Shown one piece after another: positions 12,681 to 26,029 of a DNA stretch of 64,000 bases. The notes under the pieces were generated by a model, which saw only the letters and a program-made list of their open reading frames with translations, was not told the DNA's origin and did not search any database. The stretch covers positions 76,818,001 to 76,882,000 of the forward strand of contig OX597816.1 of assembly GCA_951406725.2 (NCBI GenBank), given 5' to 3'. The position numbers and the translations under genes are program-made. The stretch is from Octopus vulgaris (taxonomy: Eukaryota). Position 1 is the first letter of the stretch. Each line of letters opens with the position of its first letter.

Positions 12681-14769
12681 AGTAAAATATTTCGAACACA
12701 AATGAGAGGTATAGGTAATGTGATCAAGGCAGGCAGTTGGGAACGTGGGGGTCCTCTTCAAAAGCAAAACCCTCGTGCAGAAGTACTCCATAGTTCCCAT
12801 ATGCATCAAGGAGCTCACCCTCTCCCCAAATATTTAGGAGTAAGGATCTGTTACATTAAGATAAGAGATTTCCACCTGCGCTTGACATAGCTGGATGTTG
12901 ACCTGTCTTTCTTTGAGGAACAGGGAGGCCCTTCGCGGCATATAGCAAAAAGAGGGAGATGGTTTTGGACTACAGTAGAGCTCCTCCTAGAGATGCATGT
13001 TGCGTTTCAGCGCAGAAGGCCAAGAAACCACTTGTGTGATGTGAAATAAATCTTTAAAATGTTTGTCCTTAACAAAAAAAGACAAATGGAGATGCCTACT
13101 AATGTCATACAACAACAGAATGTAGAGAAAGAACGCCACCACCTACACCAACCCGTTAAGAACAATAGCAATTGCAGTAACAGTTAACTAAACAACTGCA
13201 GCCACCGCTGTGACAACAGCGGCAGAATTATCAATAGCATACCTCCGCATCACATGCATCAGAAACTTCTGATGTGGCAATATCAACACGCAAATTGGAG
13301 ATGCAACCAAGAATAAAAAATTAAAATCCAATCATTTTTTTCAAAGCGGCACCCGTTCTAAACCAAACACATACAAATCCACAACAACAATTCTATCACC
13401 GCCATCAGCAACACTCCGGTCAACAAAAAGAAAAACATAAAGGAACAGCATGAGCAGACAAAAACACAAACACAACATCAATACCACCCTCACCAACTTT
13501 GCTCTGATAAGAAGCACGTATGAATAAGTCCTGTCGCCTGCAAATGGAAAACATCGAAACACGTTAAGAGGACTTCAAGTCCAGCACTGTCAAAAAAGCC
13601 ACAGAAATTGAAAATAATAAGGCTGGACTTAGAGATTAAAATTACGGAGAGAGAGTTTCCCCAATGATGTGGGAACTTCGAACATAAAGACCAGCAGCTG
13701 GCTCTGAAAGGACTTCCCAAAGCCAAATCAAAACTCCATAGAGACAATCATCCCGTCTCCGAAAACACTTATTTCTATTTTAACTATTAAATCAATGCTT
13801 CCATAATATCATTATTATTCTTGTTTCATTTTTGTGTTGTTCTCCATTTCATTTATTCTTAATCATATCAAAGATTACGTTTAATGTAATTCTCTTCTCC
13901 TTGTTTCTTCATCTGGAATAATAAAAAAAAATACAAATTCTTAAATAATTTTCTTCTCTTCTAAGTTGCATTCACGCAATTTTCGGATCCGATTCATGTA
14001 ATACATACACCAGTGTTTATTTTTCTTTCGTTTATCAGCAGCAGCATAAAACCTTGGGTCGATCATTCTCACAGCGTTTGTATTGATTCCAACCTTGTTT
14101 AACATGTTAATTAAAGATGTTAGCACCAGAGGTAAAGAGAAACAAGAGAAGAATCCCACATGGAATACCTCTCTTCAAATGGTACTCAGATTAGGTTTCA
14201 TAATTCTCTTTTGTATTTTTGCTATTAACTGAAGACGTGTTTAATGTATTTATTTATTATTAGAATTTCGTTATTTTTAGCTATAGTTCTCAAGATAGAG
14301 ATGCGAGGAAAATGTCAAATCCTGCCTGATGGTGAATGTATTTCAAACTCACTCACAGCTTTCTCTTTTCACAATCTATACATATGGTTTTGTTTATCAC
14401 TAAATACTTTATATAAATGTATGAGCTACTGCAACAACCCTTCTGTTTTTCTAGAAACGGGTTGTTTGTATCCCATGTTTATCATTTGCAATATTGCTGC
14501 ACAAAATTCGTTGTAGAACGTAAGCTGGTGGGTTATAAGACTCTAAGTTTGTGATCCTTGTTGGTTTTATAAGATAGGTATTGCGTAATTCTGTCACTCG
14601 TAAATATTTGACGTCGACGGAGTTCAATACTGTTAGACATTTTGGTCTATACTCTAGCGATACCGCCTATCAATAACAGTGTTTCTAAAAACGTATATCC
14701 TTTATAACTGATTTAAAGTAAATATATTTGTAAAATATATTTACATAAAGTGAATTATATATATATATA

Positions 14770-15154
14770 CTAGCAGTATCGCCCGGCGTTGCTCAGGTTT
14801 GTAAGGGAAATAACTATAAAGCATTTTTAGAGAGTTATAGCCAAAAAACAGCAAAAAAATTGAAAAAAATTATGGTAAATTTTTTTTTTGAGAGTTAAAA
14901 AGGTCGAGTTGCGTCCCCTGGACAGTCTGTGGTTCGTGTTTCTGATTCTCGAGCCCATGTCGAATTTATCGACTTTTTTCAGAACTGGGGGAACTTTTCA
15001 AAATTTTCGCTGCGTTAGTTTTGAATTATGACGTTGGGCTATGTGTGTGTTAAGTTTCATCAGAATCGGTTGAAAGCCGTGGTCAGGGTGAGGGTACAAG
15101 CAAACAGACACACAGAAACACGCACAGACAAACTGCCGTTTATATAGAGAGAGA
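14770..15154 (-). mobile_element. Complete non-autonomous Helitron (385 bp)
   Basis: Minus strand: 5' A|TC at 15154, gtctgt-type repeats near the 5' end, 3' GC hairpin (plus strand cccggcgttgctcagg, 14782-14797), then CTAG|T at 14773-14770. Inserted in an AT/TA context with no TSD. Confidence 0.88.
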
Positions 15155-15157
15155 TAA

Positions 15158-15193
<36 letters not shown>

Positions 15194-15199
15194 TTATTT

Positions 15200-15501
15200 A
15201 TGCGCCTTTTTCAAGCCTACCCAGGCTCATGGGCCCGGTTTCCCGGTTTCTGTGGCGTATGTGTTCGCCCCAAATGGACGGAACGCCAGTCCATCGCAGC
15301 GTTACTCAAGAAACAGGAAGAAAGAATGAGGGAAAGCTGGGGCGAAAGAGTACAACAGGGGGTCTCCACCACCCCTTGTCGGAGCGTCGTGGATATTTAG
15401 GTGTTTTCGCTCAATAAACACACACAACGCCCGATCTGGGAATCGAAACCGCGATCCTCCGACCGCGAGTCCGCTGCCCTAACCACTGGGCCATTGCGCC
15501 T

Positions 15502-15503
<2 letters not shown>
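15200..15503 (-). mobile_element. tRNA-derived SINE, family C (head resembles tRNA-Arg)
   Basis: Minus head ggaggcgcaatggcccagtggttagggcagcggactcgcggtcggaggatcgcggtttcgattccc with A and B boxes; A-rich 3' end. Confidence 0.88.
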
Positions 15504-15552
<49 letters not shown>

Positions 15553-15554
15553 AT

Positions 15555-15617
<63 letters not shown>

Positions 15618-15809
15618 CAGTAATAATAATTATAAGTATTATTACGATGTTGCATAGCATTACCTTTAACGCTTTAAATATATTTACTGCTTTATATAGA
15701 CCTACACATGTTTCAACTGCATCGATTAGTAACCGTTGCAGTTGCAACCCTACTATAATACCGGTGCAGTTTCTTCGGGGTCTTTACTTAATATTCTTTG
15801 ATTTAACTG

Positions 15810-16058
<249 letters not shown>

Positions 16059-16494
16059 ACCGAAACACTGCTAGCCCTTCTTACTACCTGCCACACCATC
16101 GCCACATAACACATATCTCACTCTACCTTCTACCTCTCTGAAGAGAAAAAGGAATATGTATGAGAGAGAGAGATAAAGAGAAAGACAGACAGAGAGAGAC
16201 AGAGAGAGACAAAGATTCTAGCAGAGGATCGCATCGTTTTGATCTCTATATTGAATCATTACATTCCAATAATTTTCTTCTCAAAAGGATGTAAAGTAAG
16301 ATTGATATCGCTGGAATTTGAACTCAAAGAACAAAGAATTTCTTCCGACGACCTTAAATGGCAATTATAATAATTATAATAATTAAACTTGTATATATTT
16401 CATTACAATTGCTATTTACGCTGTATTTCTCATAGATACAGAAAGAGCCGAGTAGTGGGAAATCTGTCTTCGCAATCTTGTGATAACATGTACT

Positions 16495-16645
16495 TTTCTA
16501 CAGTAGGCACAAGGCTCGAAATTTTGGGAGAGGGTGCCAGTCGATTGGATCGAACCCAGTACGCAACTGGTACTTAATTTATCGACCCCGAAAGAATGAA
16601 TGACAAAGTCGACCTCGGCGGAATTTGAACTAAGAACGTAAAAAC
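16495..16645 (-). mobile_element. SINE family B, 3' part
   Basis: ggcacaaggc...atcgaccccgaaagaatga..aaagtcgacctcggcggaatttgaact. Confidence 0.85.
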
Positions 16646-16899
16646 AGAGCAATGTGTGGTGTCTTGAGAGGATATATTTTTAACATAGTTTCCGATGAAC
16701 CTCAGCATTGTGGAAAGCCGGATAATATCTGGAAGTTGGTTAGATAGATTTCTCCAGTAAATCAAAGTCTCAGCCTTGTCACGTATTGTGTCATGCTGAT
16801 TCGGCCAAAAATTATATTAATAGTAGTCATGTATAAGATACTCAGTGAGAAATTTTTCTTTATTCATTACTACAAATTTTAAAAACAGATTTGTATATT

Positions 16900-17100
16900 G
16901 ATTTCAAATTACGGCACAAAGCCAGCAATTTCGGGGCAAGGATTAATACGATTATATCGACCCCAGAGTTCAAATGGTACTTATTTTATTGACTCCGAAA
17001 AGATGAAAGGCAAAATCGACCCCGACGGAATTTTATCGCAGAACGTAAAGTCGGTAGAAATCTCGATACTTATTTTATTCGGTGCAGTAACGATTCTACC
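16900..17100 (-). mobile_element. SINE family B, decayed
   Basis: Same motifs as the other B copies. Confidence 0.8.
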
Positions 17101-17593
17101 ATCTTACAGACTTTTTATATAAAATGAACGTTTATGCCACAGTAATTTCTTATATGAACTTACTGCTCGAAACTTCACATAGACGACTCAGATGTGCGTG
17201 CTTCTTAAGGAAACCATTAGATAGACACTGGAACTTCCCAATGTAGTCCCCAAATACCCTTCTGGCTACCAAGCTTTTTAACCAAGTCATTAAGTACGGG
17301 CTAGTCAGGGCTAGATTCCTTATAAATTATTTAAAGTGAACCCAAAATGTCATGCAGAAAAATTTATAGTCGTACAAATATGGTTCTGAGCTCTAGGCAT
17401 CTTATGATTAGCTACCTATATTTTTCCTGTTGAAGACAGAGAACATTAACCAAGGTTTTATCAACGATATAACAAAATTTCAATGTTTAAAAAATGAAAT
17501 AAAATAACAAATTTTCAACAAATGTTCAACAGAAAACATATCGACAAAAATAAACTTCTAAAAGAAACAAATGTGTGTGTATGTGCGTTTGTG

Positions 17594-17695
<102 letters not shown>

Positions 17696-20624
17696 TATCG
17701 GAAACGTGTTCTTTTACGTGAACGGGGAAGGCAGAAACGAAATTTATAAAAGCAAGAAGTAAAATACGGGTAAAAGAAAAAAGATTATATATGAAAGGAA
17801 TTAATAAGCAGAGAAATACGCAAGCTGAAAGCCGGTAAAGATATTTCGTTACTCTAATCTGTGACTTTTGAAGAAGAAGGCTACGGAAAGAAAAGAAAAT
17901 ATAGTCATTAAAGTCAGTAATGTGTATTGAATTGAAGAGAGAAATTCCATTATGTTATCTTAGCTGAGATTAGAAAGTTAATTATATGCTTATTGTTATA
18001 AGCAAAATATAATGAATTTGCTTTGTGATTTTGTTTCTTAGCCTGTCTACATTATTATACACGTTTTGCATGGACATCGATAGAGTAGAATCTTGTTTCA
18101 TAACGATCAACAATCAAGTGAACGGTGATGACAATAGCAGCCTAAGTAAGAAGTGGTCAAGGCGTAGGATGAGAATATAGAAAATGAAACACACTCGTGT
18201 ATAGACAACCTATATACGTATATGTATCTATATGTGTGCGTGTGAAGTATGTATATATACATATGTATATATATTTATACACACACACGTATACACACAC
18301 ATGTATGCACACACGTATATACATAATGTTTTCCTTTATTAAAATATGGGGACAGCAGGATATCAAAATAATAGACAAAAACGACGTTTTCTTTTGCATC
18401 TGTTATAAACTTGTATTGATAACAATTTTGTATACAACAGTGGAAACAATCAATCAACGAACTCAAACATTGTCCGGCTGGGATGCTAACTAAAAATCTT
18501 TATTTCTTAGAAGACATAATGTTATAAGTTCTTTGTTGTATGAACAAGTTAAAGTACTCCTGGTATTATCTGCCTATTGCTTTTCAACACACAATTTTAA
18601 ACGTTCCTGATACAAAAAATTGAATGCGACGTGAAAGTGACATGACTGCGAAGCAAACTTTATTTGTGGAGCATTTCATCAAGACTAAACTAGTATTTGT
18701 TATGAGCTATGTCTAAAGGGAAACGAAAACAGACCTCCTACATGATTAACATCGTCTGTAATAATAGTAAATGCAAGATTGTAGCTTTTCAACTACTATT
18801 TTTGTTTGTCGTCGTGGAATACAGAACTATATGTTGTATTATTTCAATTTCTTTCTTGTATCTTCGTTACTTTGCTAATATATTTCTCACTTAGATGACA
18901 AGTACATTTGCTACCTACTGCTAAAGGTTATAAATTCGATCTAAAATACTTGTTTTTACTTATTTGTAATTGTGATAAGAAATAATAGTGGAGGTATTAA
19001 ACGTTTTTCATATCTCTGCTTGTCCTGCTATTGTGGCAATCTCTTAACATTAGCACGCAAAAAAATATTTTTCATAAACTATTCTCGCAATGCATACATA
19101 TACATATAAATATGTGTGTGTGCAAACACACACATACACACACACACACACACGCATATACATACATACATACATATACATACATCATGCATAATATATA
19201 TGTGTATGTAAGTATCTTATTCTGCTGTTATTACAAACATGGAAAGAAGAGATGCGTAATTTGTTTCTTTTTCTATTGTGATTCAATTATGAAAATGGAT
19301 GCGTGGCTTCATATTAAAATGACAATAACAGAATGTAAAATAATACCGCACGTAGATGCTTGGGCACAACGAGAGTAATTAGTGTTGTATCGTGTATCAT
19401 ATTTCCACACGACACATTTCCAATTGATACAGCGAACTGCGACAGGATGATACAATAGCTAAGACGTTAATGCTTCAGAGTTGCAATATGAGTTGTCTAA
19501 ATCACGCTATCTTTGTTATAAAAGTCAAACATTTGCTATAAATGGAATTGCTTAAGACGGTTATAACCAATTTGACGTTATTGAAATTTCATGCCTCAGT
19601 CAGACGAAGAAATGTAGCACCCTTCACGCTTTCTGCAGAGCCTTCGCCATAGCTGGCCACTGACCAGATAATGAGAACAACGATCTCTATAATGCTCTTC
19701 CAAATAGTTTCCATCTAATTATTTCTTACAAGACTTGGTCTAGCAAAGCCTTTGGTAGAAACGTGACTAAGGTCTTGCGCAATGGAATCGAGCCCTAAAC
19801 TACGTAGTTCTGCATTTTTAACCACGTAACCATCACTAATTATAGAAGCTATTAGTACTGCTGTTGTGAGCTTATGCTCTAGAGGGACTATCACAACTGA
19901 CATTATGTGGTCACATACATTGTGATAAAACCCCCGATAATCTTAATATCAGCAGCAACACAAATCGTTATATGAAAGATCCGCACTATTTTACACTATT
20001 TTGGTAGATTACGTCAGTATTCGACACTTGTGTTACACAAATGTTTTGCACTCCTAAAATGTTTCATCAATAAATGAAAACAAATTAGTTTTTCTTTGTT
20101 TTGTTTTGTTTTTTGTATTTAAATTTTTTTTAACCTTTAGTATTTATTATTTCGTATTTTAAAATGTTTTTATCTGTTTCGTCATAGATAACGAATAAGT
20201 TGTTTGAACGACTTTTAAATTTCAAACGTAAAGCTATTTAAACAAAACCAGTGACTCTGCTATGCACAACGATTTTCGCATAAAATCACCAATCATCAAA
20301 TGCCATATTAACCATGTTATATTTCTTCTCAGTGTCATAGCAATCAAAATATACTATTCAGCCACAAAATAGACATCTAACACAATTTTAGGAGAAACGT
20401 GGGAAACATTAGCAAAACTCTTTTTACAATAAATACAAAAAATGAAATAAGTTGAAAATAAAAAAAGAACACAGTGTTATGTCAAAAAGTTATGCGTACT
20501 AAACTCAACATCGATCGCATTATGACCATTTGCTTCTACATGGGGTGCCACAATATTAATGAATACTCTTAGCGCAGAGGTGCCCGCATACGGCACACGG
20601 TCCGGATTCAGCCATTTCACTATG

Positions 20625-20920
20625 CTTAGTTCGACCCTCGTGTTGTGTTCTTGAACAAGACACTTTATTTCAGGTTGCTCCAGTTCACTCAGTTGTAGGA
20701 ATGAGTTACAACGTCTCTGGTGCTAAGATGTATTGGCCTTTGCCTTTCCCTCGGATAACATCGGTGGTATGGAGACGGGAGGCTGGTATGCATTCGTGAC
20801 TGCTGGTCTTCCACAAAAACAACCTTAGGTTGTGCATTCGCCGGTGAGACGACTTTCCGCTCAGACCTGTACCCCGGCGGGGAATCACTTAGGTGCACCC
20901 ATGGTCATTCGTGGCTGACC
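20625..20920 (+). mobile_element. SINE with a conserved central domain (tgtgttcttgaacaagacacttta...ttgctccagttcactcag); head decayed
   Basis: Central block shared with the minus-strand SINE at 23150-23358; followed by a family A tail fragment at about 20975-21070. Confidence 0.65.
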
Positions 20921-22024
20921 TAGTCGAGATTTTTTTTATATGTTGTGTATATATGTACTAAGCTTACGAAGAATCAGTCTGCAGCCGATTTGTTCGACTA
21001 AAGGCGGTGCTCCAGCATGGCTGCACTCATATGACTGAAATAAGTAAAAGAAAGAAAAGACATAAAAGAAATATATGAACACACACATGCACACACATAC
21101 ATATAAATACTAGAGAGGTCTATCATTGCTTCAATGCTGCTACATTTTTCTACGCACATGGCCATTTATAATATAATGCCAAACACCTACCACAATCAGG
21201 AATAATAATAACAGCGGAAAGAGAACAAGAACAGCAAACACAGCTACAATATAATTACCAATGTCGTAAGCACAAAAACTACAGTCGAAACAAAAGCGAA
21301 CACTGCTACGATCTCCAAGATCTCATATTTAGAGAAAGCAAGCAGCACAAAAGCGTTCAGGTGGCACATTGTAAGAAAAGACGCTGAAAATGAAGAGCGG
21401 AGAGACGAGGGCCACCTCCCAGTGGTGTCGGGCGTCAACGAAGACCCCTCGACTACAACAAGACGACCAAATTTTTTTTCCGAAGGTCTGCGGTCCCCCG
21501 CCCCTAAGCCCTAGACCATCACCTAATCACCCTTATCCGTCATGTTGCTTAACAACAACAACAACAACAGCAACAACACAAAAAACAACAACATAGAATA
21601 GCTTCAGCAAGTATGGCAACAAGAGACAAACCAACACCAGCAATCCTAAGAATAGATACAACGTTCATGCTATGAACAGGAAATGTAACATCAAGTGCAG
21701 CCATACCAATGAACACATCAACACAATCACTAATAAGAGCAGTGAATATCAAGTATCTAACTCCGTAGTATGGACACACGCTTTATTTGAATTGAGTTCA
21801 CCAGCCATTTTATATATTGTATTACATTTATACCTTTAGAAAAAGGAAGGATATCTGAAGCTTCCATTTATTATTCAAGAATTTAGAGTCTTTGTTTTGT
21901 TTTTGGGGGGGTGTTTTTTCGTAATATATGACAATTCTCAATGCAAAATTATTTCACAAAACGGAAAGATTCAGGAGAGCAGATCTGAATACACTTAACC
22001 ACATGAGATACCTACCCACTAGGG

Positions 22025-22056
<32 letters not shown>

Positions 22057-22192
22057 TATATGTGTGTGTGTGTGTGTGTTTTCTTCTGCCCTTATCTTGT
22101 AAATTATTTATAAATTTAACCTTTAATGGTATTTTTTGATATGCTGGCCATTGATAAAATATTTCCCCGAAAAAAATGTTATCCTACATTAG

Positions 22193-22251
<59 letters not shown>

Positions 22252-22253
<2 letters not shown>

Positions 22254-22900
22254 AAAAAAGCAACAAGAATGGATTAAAATCTCGGTACGATCGTTTCGTA
22301 CGAGGACATCTTTAATAAGCTACAAAAAATGCAGTGAATACAGATGGCTCGTACTCGTCAGCCGAAAAAACATCAGAGAATTCCCAAACATCAAAAGGGG
22401 TAGATACAAAAGAGGTTGTAAGATTAACTGCATTGAAGAAAGTTTGATTCATGGAGATCCGATGAAAGGTTTTAAACTTACAGAATTTGTGCATGTCTAC
22501 ATATAGCTCATATTGAATTTTTAATCAAGTTGTGTGAAGAAATTTTCAGATACAGTCATGCGAAATTTCTGAAAATCCGAGTAAGAGGCAAAGTGACTGC
22601 CATATCATGTAGAGGGAAGTCTGAGTAAAAGCAAAGTGACTGTCATATCGTGTAGAGGAACAGATTGTTATTGAAATTTACAAGAATCGCAGATAAGTTC
22701 GATTCTTGGACATCCGATGAAAAGTCTTGAACTTACAGAATATGTGCATGTCCTTATAGTTCATAATAGTTTTGTGAAGAGATTTAGGGTACAATCATGC
22801 GAAAATATCAGGGAATCCGAATGAGAAGCAATATGACAGTCTTATATTGTAGAGGTGCCTGTTGTTAATGAATTTTACAAGAATCACAGAGAGAGGGGGA
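22252..22900 (-). mobile_element. PLE-like pLTR remnant with an HHR and internal tandem duplications
   Basis: Abuts (TA)n at 22251; HHR at 22282-22365; diverged repeat 22457-22692 vs 22712-22890 plus an about 42-bp duplication at 22575-22660. Confidence 0.55.
22282..22365 (-). ncRNA. Type I hammerhead ribozyme, intact core
   Basis: Minus strand: tcgg CTGACGA GTACGAG ... CTCGTAC GAAAC GATC GTA ccga. Perfect 7-bp stem II base, 4-bp stem I, palindromic stem III ACGATCGT. Confidence 0.88.
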
Positions 22901-23149
22901 AGGAAGTAGGATTTAATCAGTTACTGCTATTAAAGCTATCAAAGAGAAAGGAAAGGGGAAGCTAAGGGGATGGACACAAGTTGATACTACCAGAAAATCT
23001 AAGCTTGTTTAGTGCAAAATTCGAACTGAGGTCAACAATTTATTTCTTTATTTATAAATGTTACTATTAATAGAATGTCAGGTTACATATATATATATAT
23101 ATATAAGAGAAAGGATAAAAATCTTTCATGAATAACATAGACTGATAGG

Positions 23150-23358
23150 GCAGGTTTCCCGGTTTCTGTAGCGTATATATTTCCCACCTGGATGTGTGGA
23201 CGGTCGCAGGATTACTCATTTCTGCCAGTTGAGTGGACTGGAGCAACGTCAAATGAAGTGTTTTTGATCAGCAGCACAGTAAGCCGCCCGATCAAGAAAT
23301 CAGGAGCATATTCTTACGATCATTTGTCCAACACCCTAACCACTAAGCCACGCACCTC
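23150..23358 (-). mobile_element. tRNA-derived SINE related to family C
   Basis: Minus head gaggtgcgtggcttagtggttagggtg; tail ggtttcccggtttctgt.gcgtat shared with the 15200 copy. Confidence 0.75.
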
Positions 23359-23929
23359 TACATATTATATATCAAATATGTTATATCTAACATATAGTTT
23401 TTTATACGTAAAATATACAATACGCTAAACATTAAATTACATTGAAAGTAATAATAATCATCATGTCTTAGAATATATTACATATTTCAAAAATACATAC
23501 TGTTCATATCATTTCTTCTCCGTCTCTATCAAACTATACTGTAAAAACATATTTACATATTTCCGGACGTATGTTATTTTTATTCCCGTTTTTAATAAGA
23601 CAATCAATGCTACAATTGTGTGCATTATAAATATAAACGAGCATTAGATGTAAACCAATTGCAACGAAGTGGAAATATGATATTAAGTAGCCACTGCCAG
23701 TTGAAAAATGACATCTCACCTGCAATGCCGAGATGTTTCTGTGAAAGAATTATAGAAAACCAAATTTAACACAACTATTTCTTATTCAAACGTTTGTTCT
23801 GTCTAGACATATACTATTCAGTAAAGATTAAGCTCAATATTAATTCTTTTTCGCAGGTTAAATAATATATATGAGTGTGCATGTGTGTGTGAGTGTGTGT
23901 GTGCATGCACATATATATATATACATATA

Positions 23930-24026
<97 letters not shown>

Positions 24027-24454
24027 GCATATGCTTATGCATACACACATGCATACATACATATATACACACACACACATACATACATACATACATACAT
24101 ACATACATGTTAACATAAAACTGAAGATCAGTGAAAAAGAGGCACCTATGCTGAACTATTGGGAAATCTGCAGTTACTCTATCTAGATTACAAGTTCAGG
24201 GTTATACTGTAATTATTGGGGCCCTGGTATATGTAACACACTGTCTAAATACCAATCTAGAGAAATTAGGCTTCTCAAAACCAGAAAGGAGAAGGCTAAT
24301 TCAAAGACTACAGATCTAATCCATCTATAGAACTGTAAAACTCTAAAACTTTCCAGAATTTTATCATTTAAATATATATGAGCATGTCCAGATATGCAAT
24401 TATATGCATGAGAATACATACGTATAACATACAAATCTTCACATACATACATAG

Positions 24455-24625
24455 TTGGAATTTACAAAAAGACAAAAGACAAAGACAGGTGTATAAACAA
24501 CAAACAGGTGCATTAGTTTGACACTCGGTAAAGTAAGAAAGCATTTTACATTTCGAGCCTACGCTCTTCAACAGAAAGAGAGTAAAACAAGCCTTAGTGG
24601 CTAGCGATCGTTTATGGCGGCTGGC
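24455..24625 (-). mobile_element. PLE-like pLTR fragment with a variant minimal HHR (24544-24578); same family as 59311-59512
   Basis: Minus strand cttt CTGTTGA A GAGC gtag GCTC GAAAT GTA aaat; flanks homologous to the 59311 copy. Confidence 0.7.
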
Positions 24626-24706
24626 TTGAGGGAGGTGGTAAAAAAACAACAATAGGAAAAAACAGAAAGTTCAAAAACGTTCAGAAAATTTCAAAAAGTA
24701 CATTAA

Positions 24707-25205
24707 TTACATTTGACGGATATTTGTCCTCATCTTATTTGTTGTTAACACAACATTTTGGCTGATATACTCTCCAGCCTTCATCAGGTGTCTTGGGGAA
24801 ATTTCGAACCTGGGTTATAATTCCTAAGGTATTTTTCGATGCCATTATTATTATTCTTATTCAAGTCACTACCTGGAATCGAACTCAGAATTTTGGGGTT
24901 AGTAGCCCTCGCTCTTAACCACTACGCCGTATGCGCGTGGGAAATTACAGAGTGACTTTTAGGGTTCATAAATCTAATATTACCCTGTCATTCTTTAATA
25001 CCGGTTCCCATATGCTATTTAAATCTGCACTGGATCTGCTAAGGAGGTGTCCAAGCTTATGTGCTGCTTCCCCAAGACATATGATGAAGGCCGGAGGGTA
25101 TATCAGTCGAAACGCTGTGTTAACAACAAATTGAGGACAAATATCCGTCAAATGTAAATAATGTAAATAATGTACATAATTCCTCATCTCTTAAATATAG
25201 AACTG
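24707..25205 (-). mobile_element. 5'-truncated Penelope-like element: ORF C-terminus, pLTR with a tRNA-like module and HHR, inverted pLTR copy with tail
   Basis: About 90-bp inverted repeats at 24707-24800 and 25068-25157, each with a decayed HHR (consensus gacac CTGATGA a GGCTG..CAGCC GAAAC GTT gtgtt). Minus frame ends SADLNSIWEPVLKNDRVILDL* at 24966, resembling the L..IW.P.L end of PLE GIY-YIG ORFs. Confidence 0.72.
24864..24936 (-). promoter_or_regulatory. tRNA-like sequence with Pol III A and B boxes inside the PLE pLTR (not a functional tRNA)
   Basis: A box cggcgtagtgg (24929-24919), anticodon-like arm ggg-ctactaa-ccc, B box agttcgattcc (24885-24875); acceptor stem poorly paired. Confidence 0.75.
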
Positions 25206-26029
25206 AAGTCAAAAAGGTTCAAACGTCGTGGTATATTCATCAACGGAAGAATCTAGTGAAATCCATATGTATTTCTAGTAATACTCAGGTGGAATGCTGG
25301 TGTGTAAGTGAGGAGAGGTGCAGAATACACACATACATACATACAAACAAAAATACGCTGTTCCTGATGTTGAAATTCCAGTGTAGATGACTTGGATCTA
25401 GGTTAGAAACCGGTTCTCTTTATTGGCAAGAAATTTTGAAATACACTGAATAATGACATGCATACATAGATACATACATACATACATACATACATACATA
25501 CATACATACATACATACATACATACATACAAACATACATACATAGAGTATCATCGTTATCATCCACTTTGGTTCCAGTATGGTGGCTTAGCTACTACTAT
25601 ACTTAACTGGTAATGATTCCAGAGCAAATGAAGAAATTATGATAAACACAAGCTCATATCGTTTAATCCCTACTTACATTTTACCGCTATCGTTATTTGC
25701 ACGCTCTTCATTGGATGCCCCTAGTAAAATTGCGTGGTGGATCACAACTGATCATCAAAGGAACACTTTATTACGCTAAACAGATCAAATGCTTCATTTG
25801 ATAATGAATATATACGCGTGTGTGTGTCTATATTTATAAAATACAGGCATATGTTTTGTGCATGTGTGTGTGTGTTTGTGTGCGTATGAGTCTATATATA
25901 CTTTGTAAAACTCATTCAACATTCTCTTCAGAGACCCTGCTCTCACCTTAGTGCATTGCCATCAACAAATATTCCAGGATTATTCTGAAACTTATATGTA
26001 TATATATAAATATATATATATATGTACCT

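Noticed and set aside
12715-13760. GC-richer block followed by CAA/ACA-rich pseudo-coding sequence (similar block at 21120-21760)
   Set aside because: Multiple stops in all frames and no recognisable motif; possibly an old retroelement ORF1/UTR, but unsupported.
15430-15503. tRNA-like sequence as a functional tRNA gene
   Set aside because: The acceptor stem does not close and it continues into a SINE body and tail; it is a SINE head.
24864-24936. Functional tRNA with an ACT anticodon
   Set aside because: Acceptor and D stems are poorly paired and it is embedded in a repeat; kept only as a tRNA-like promoter module.
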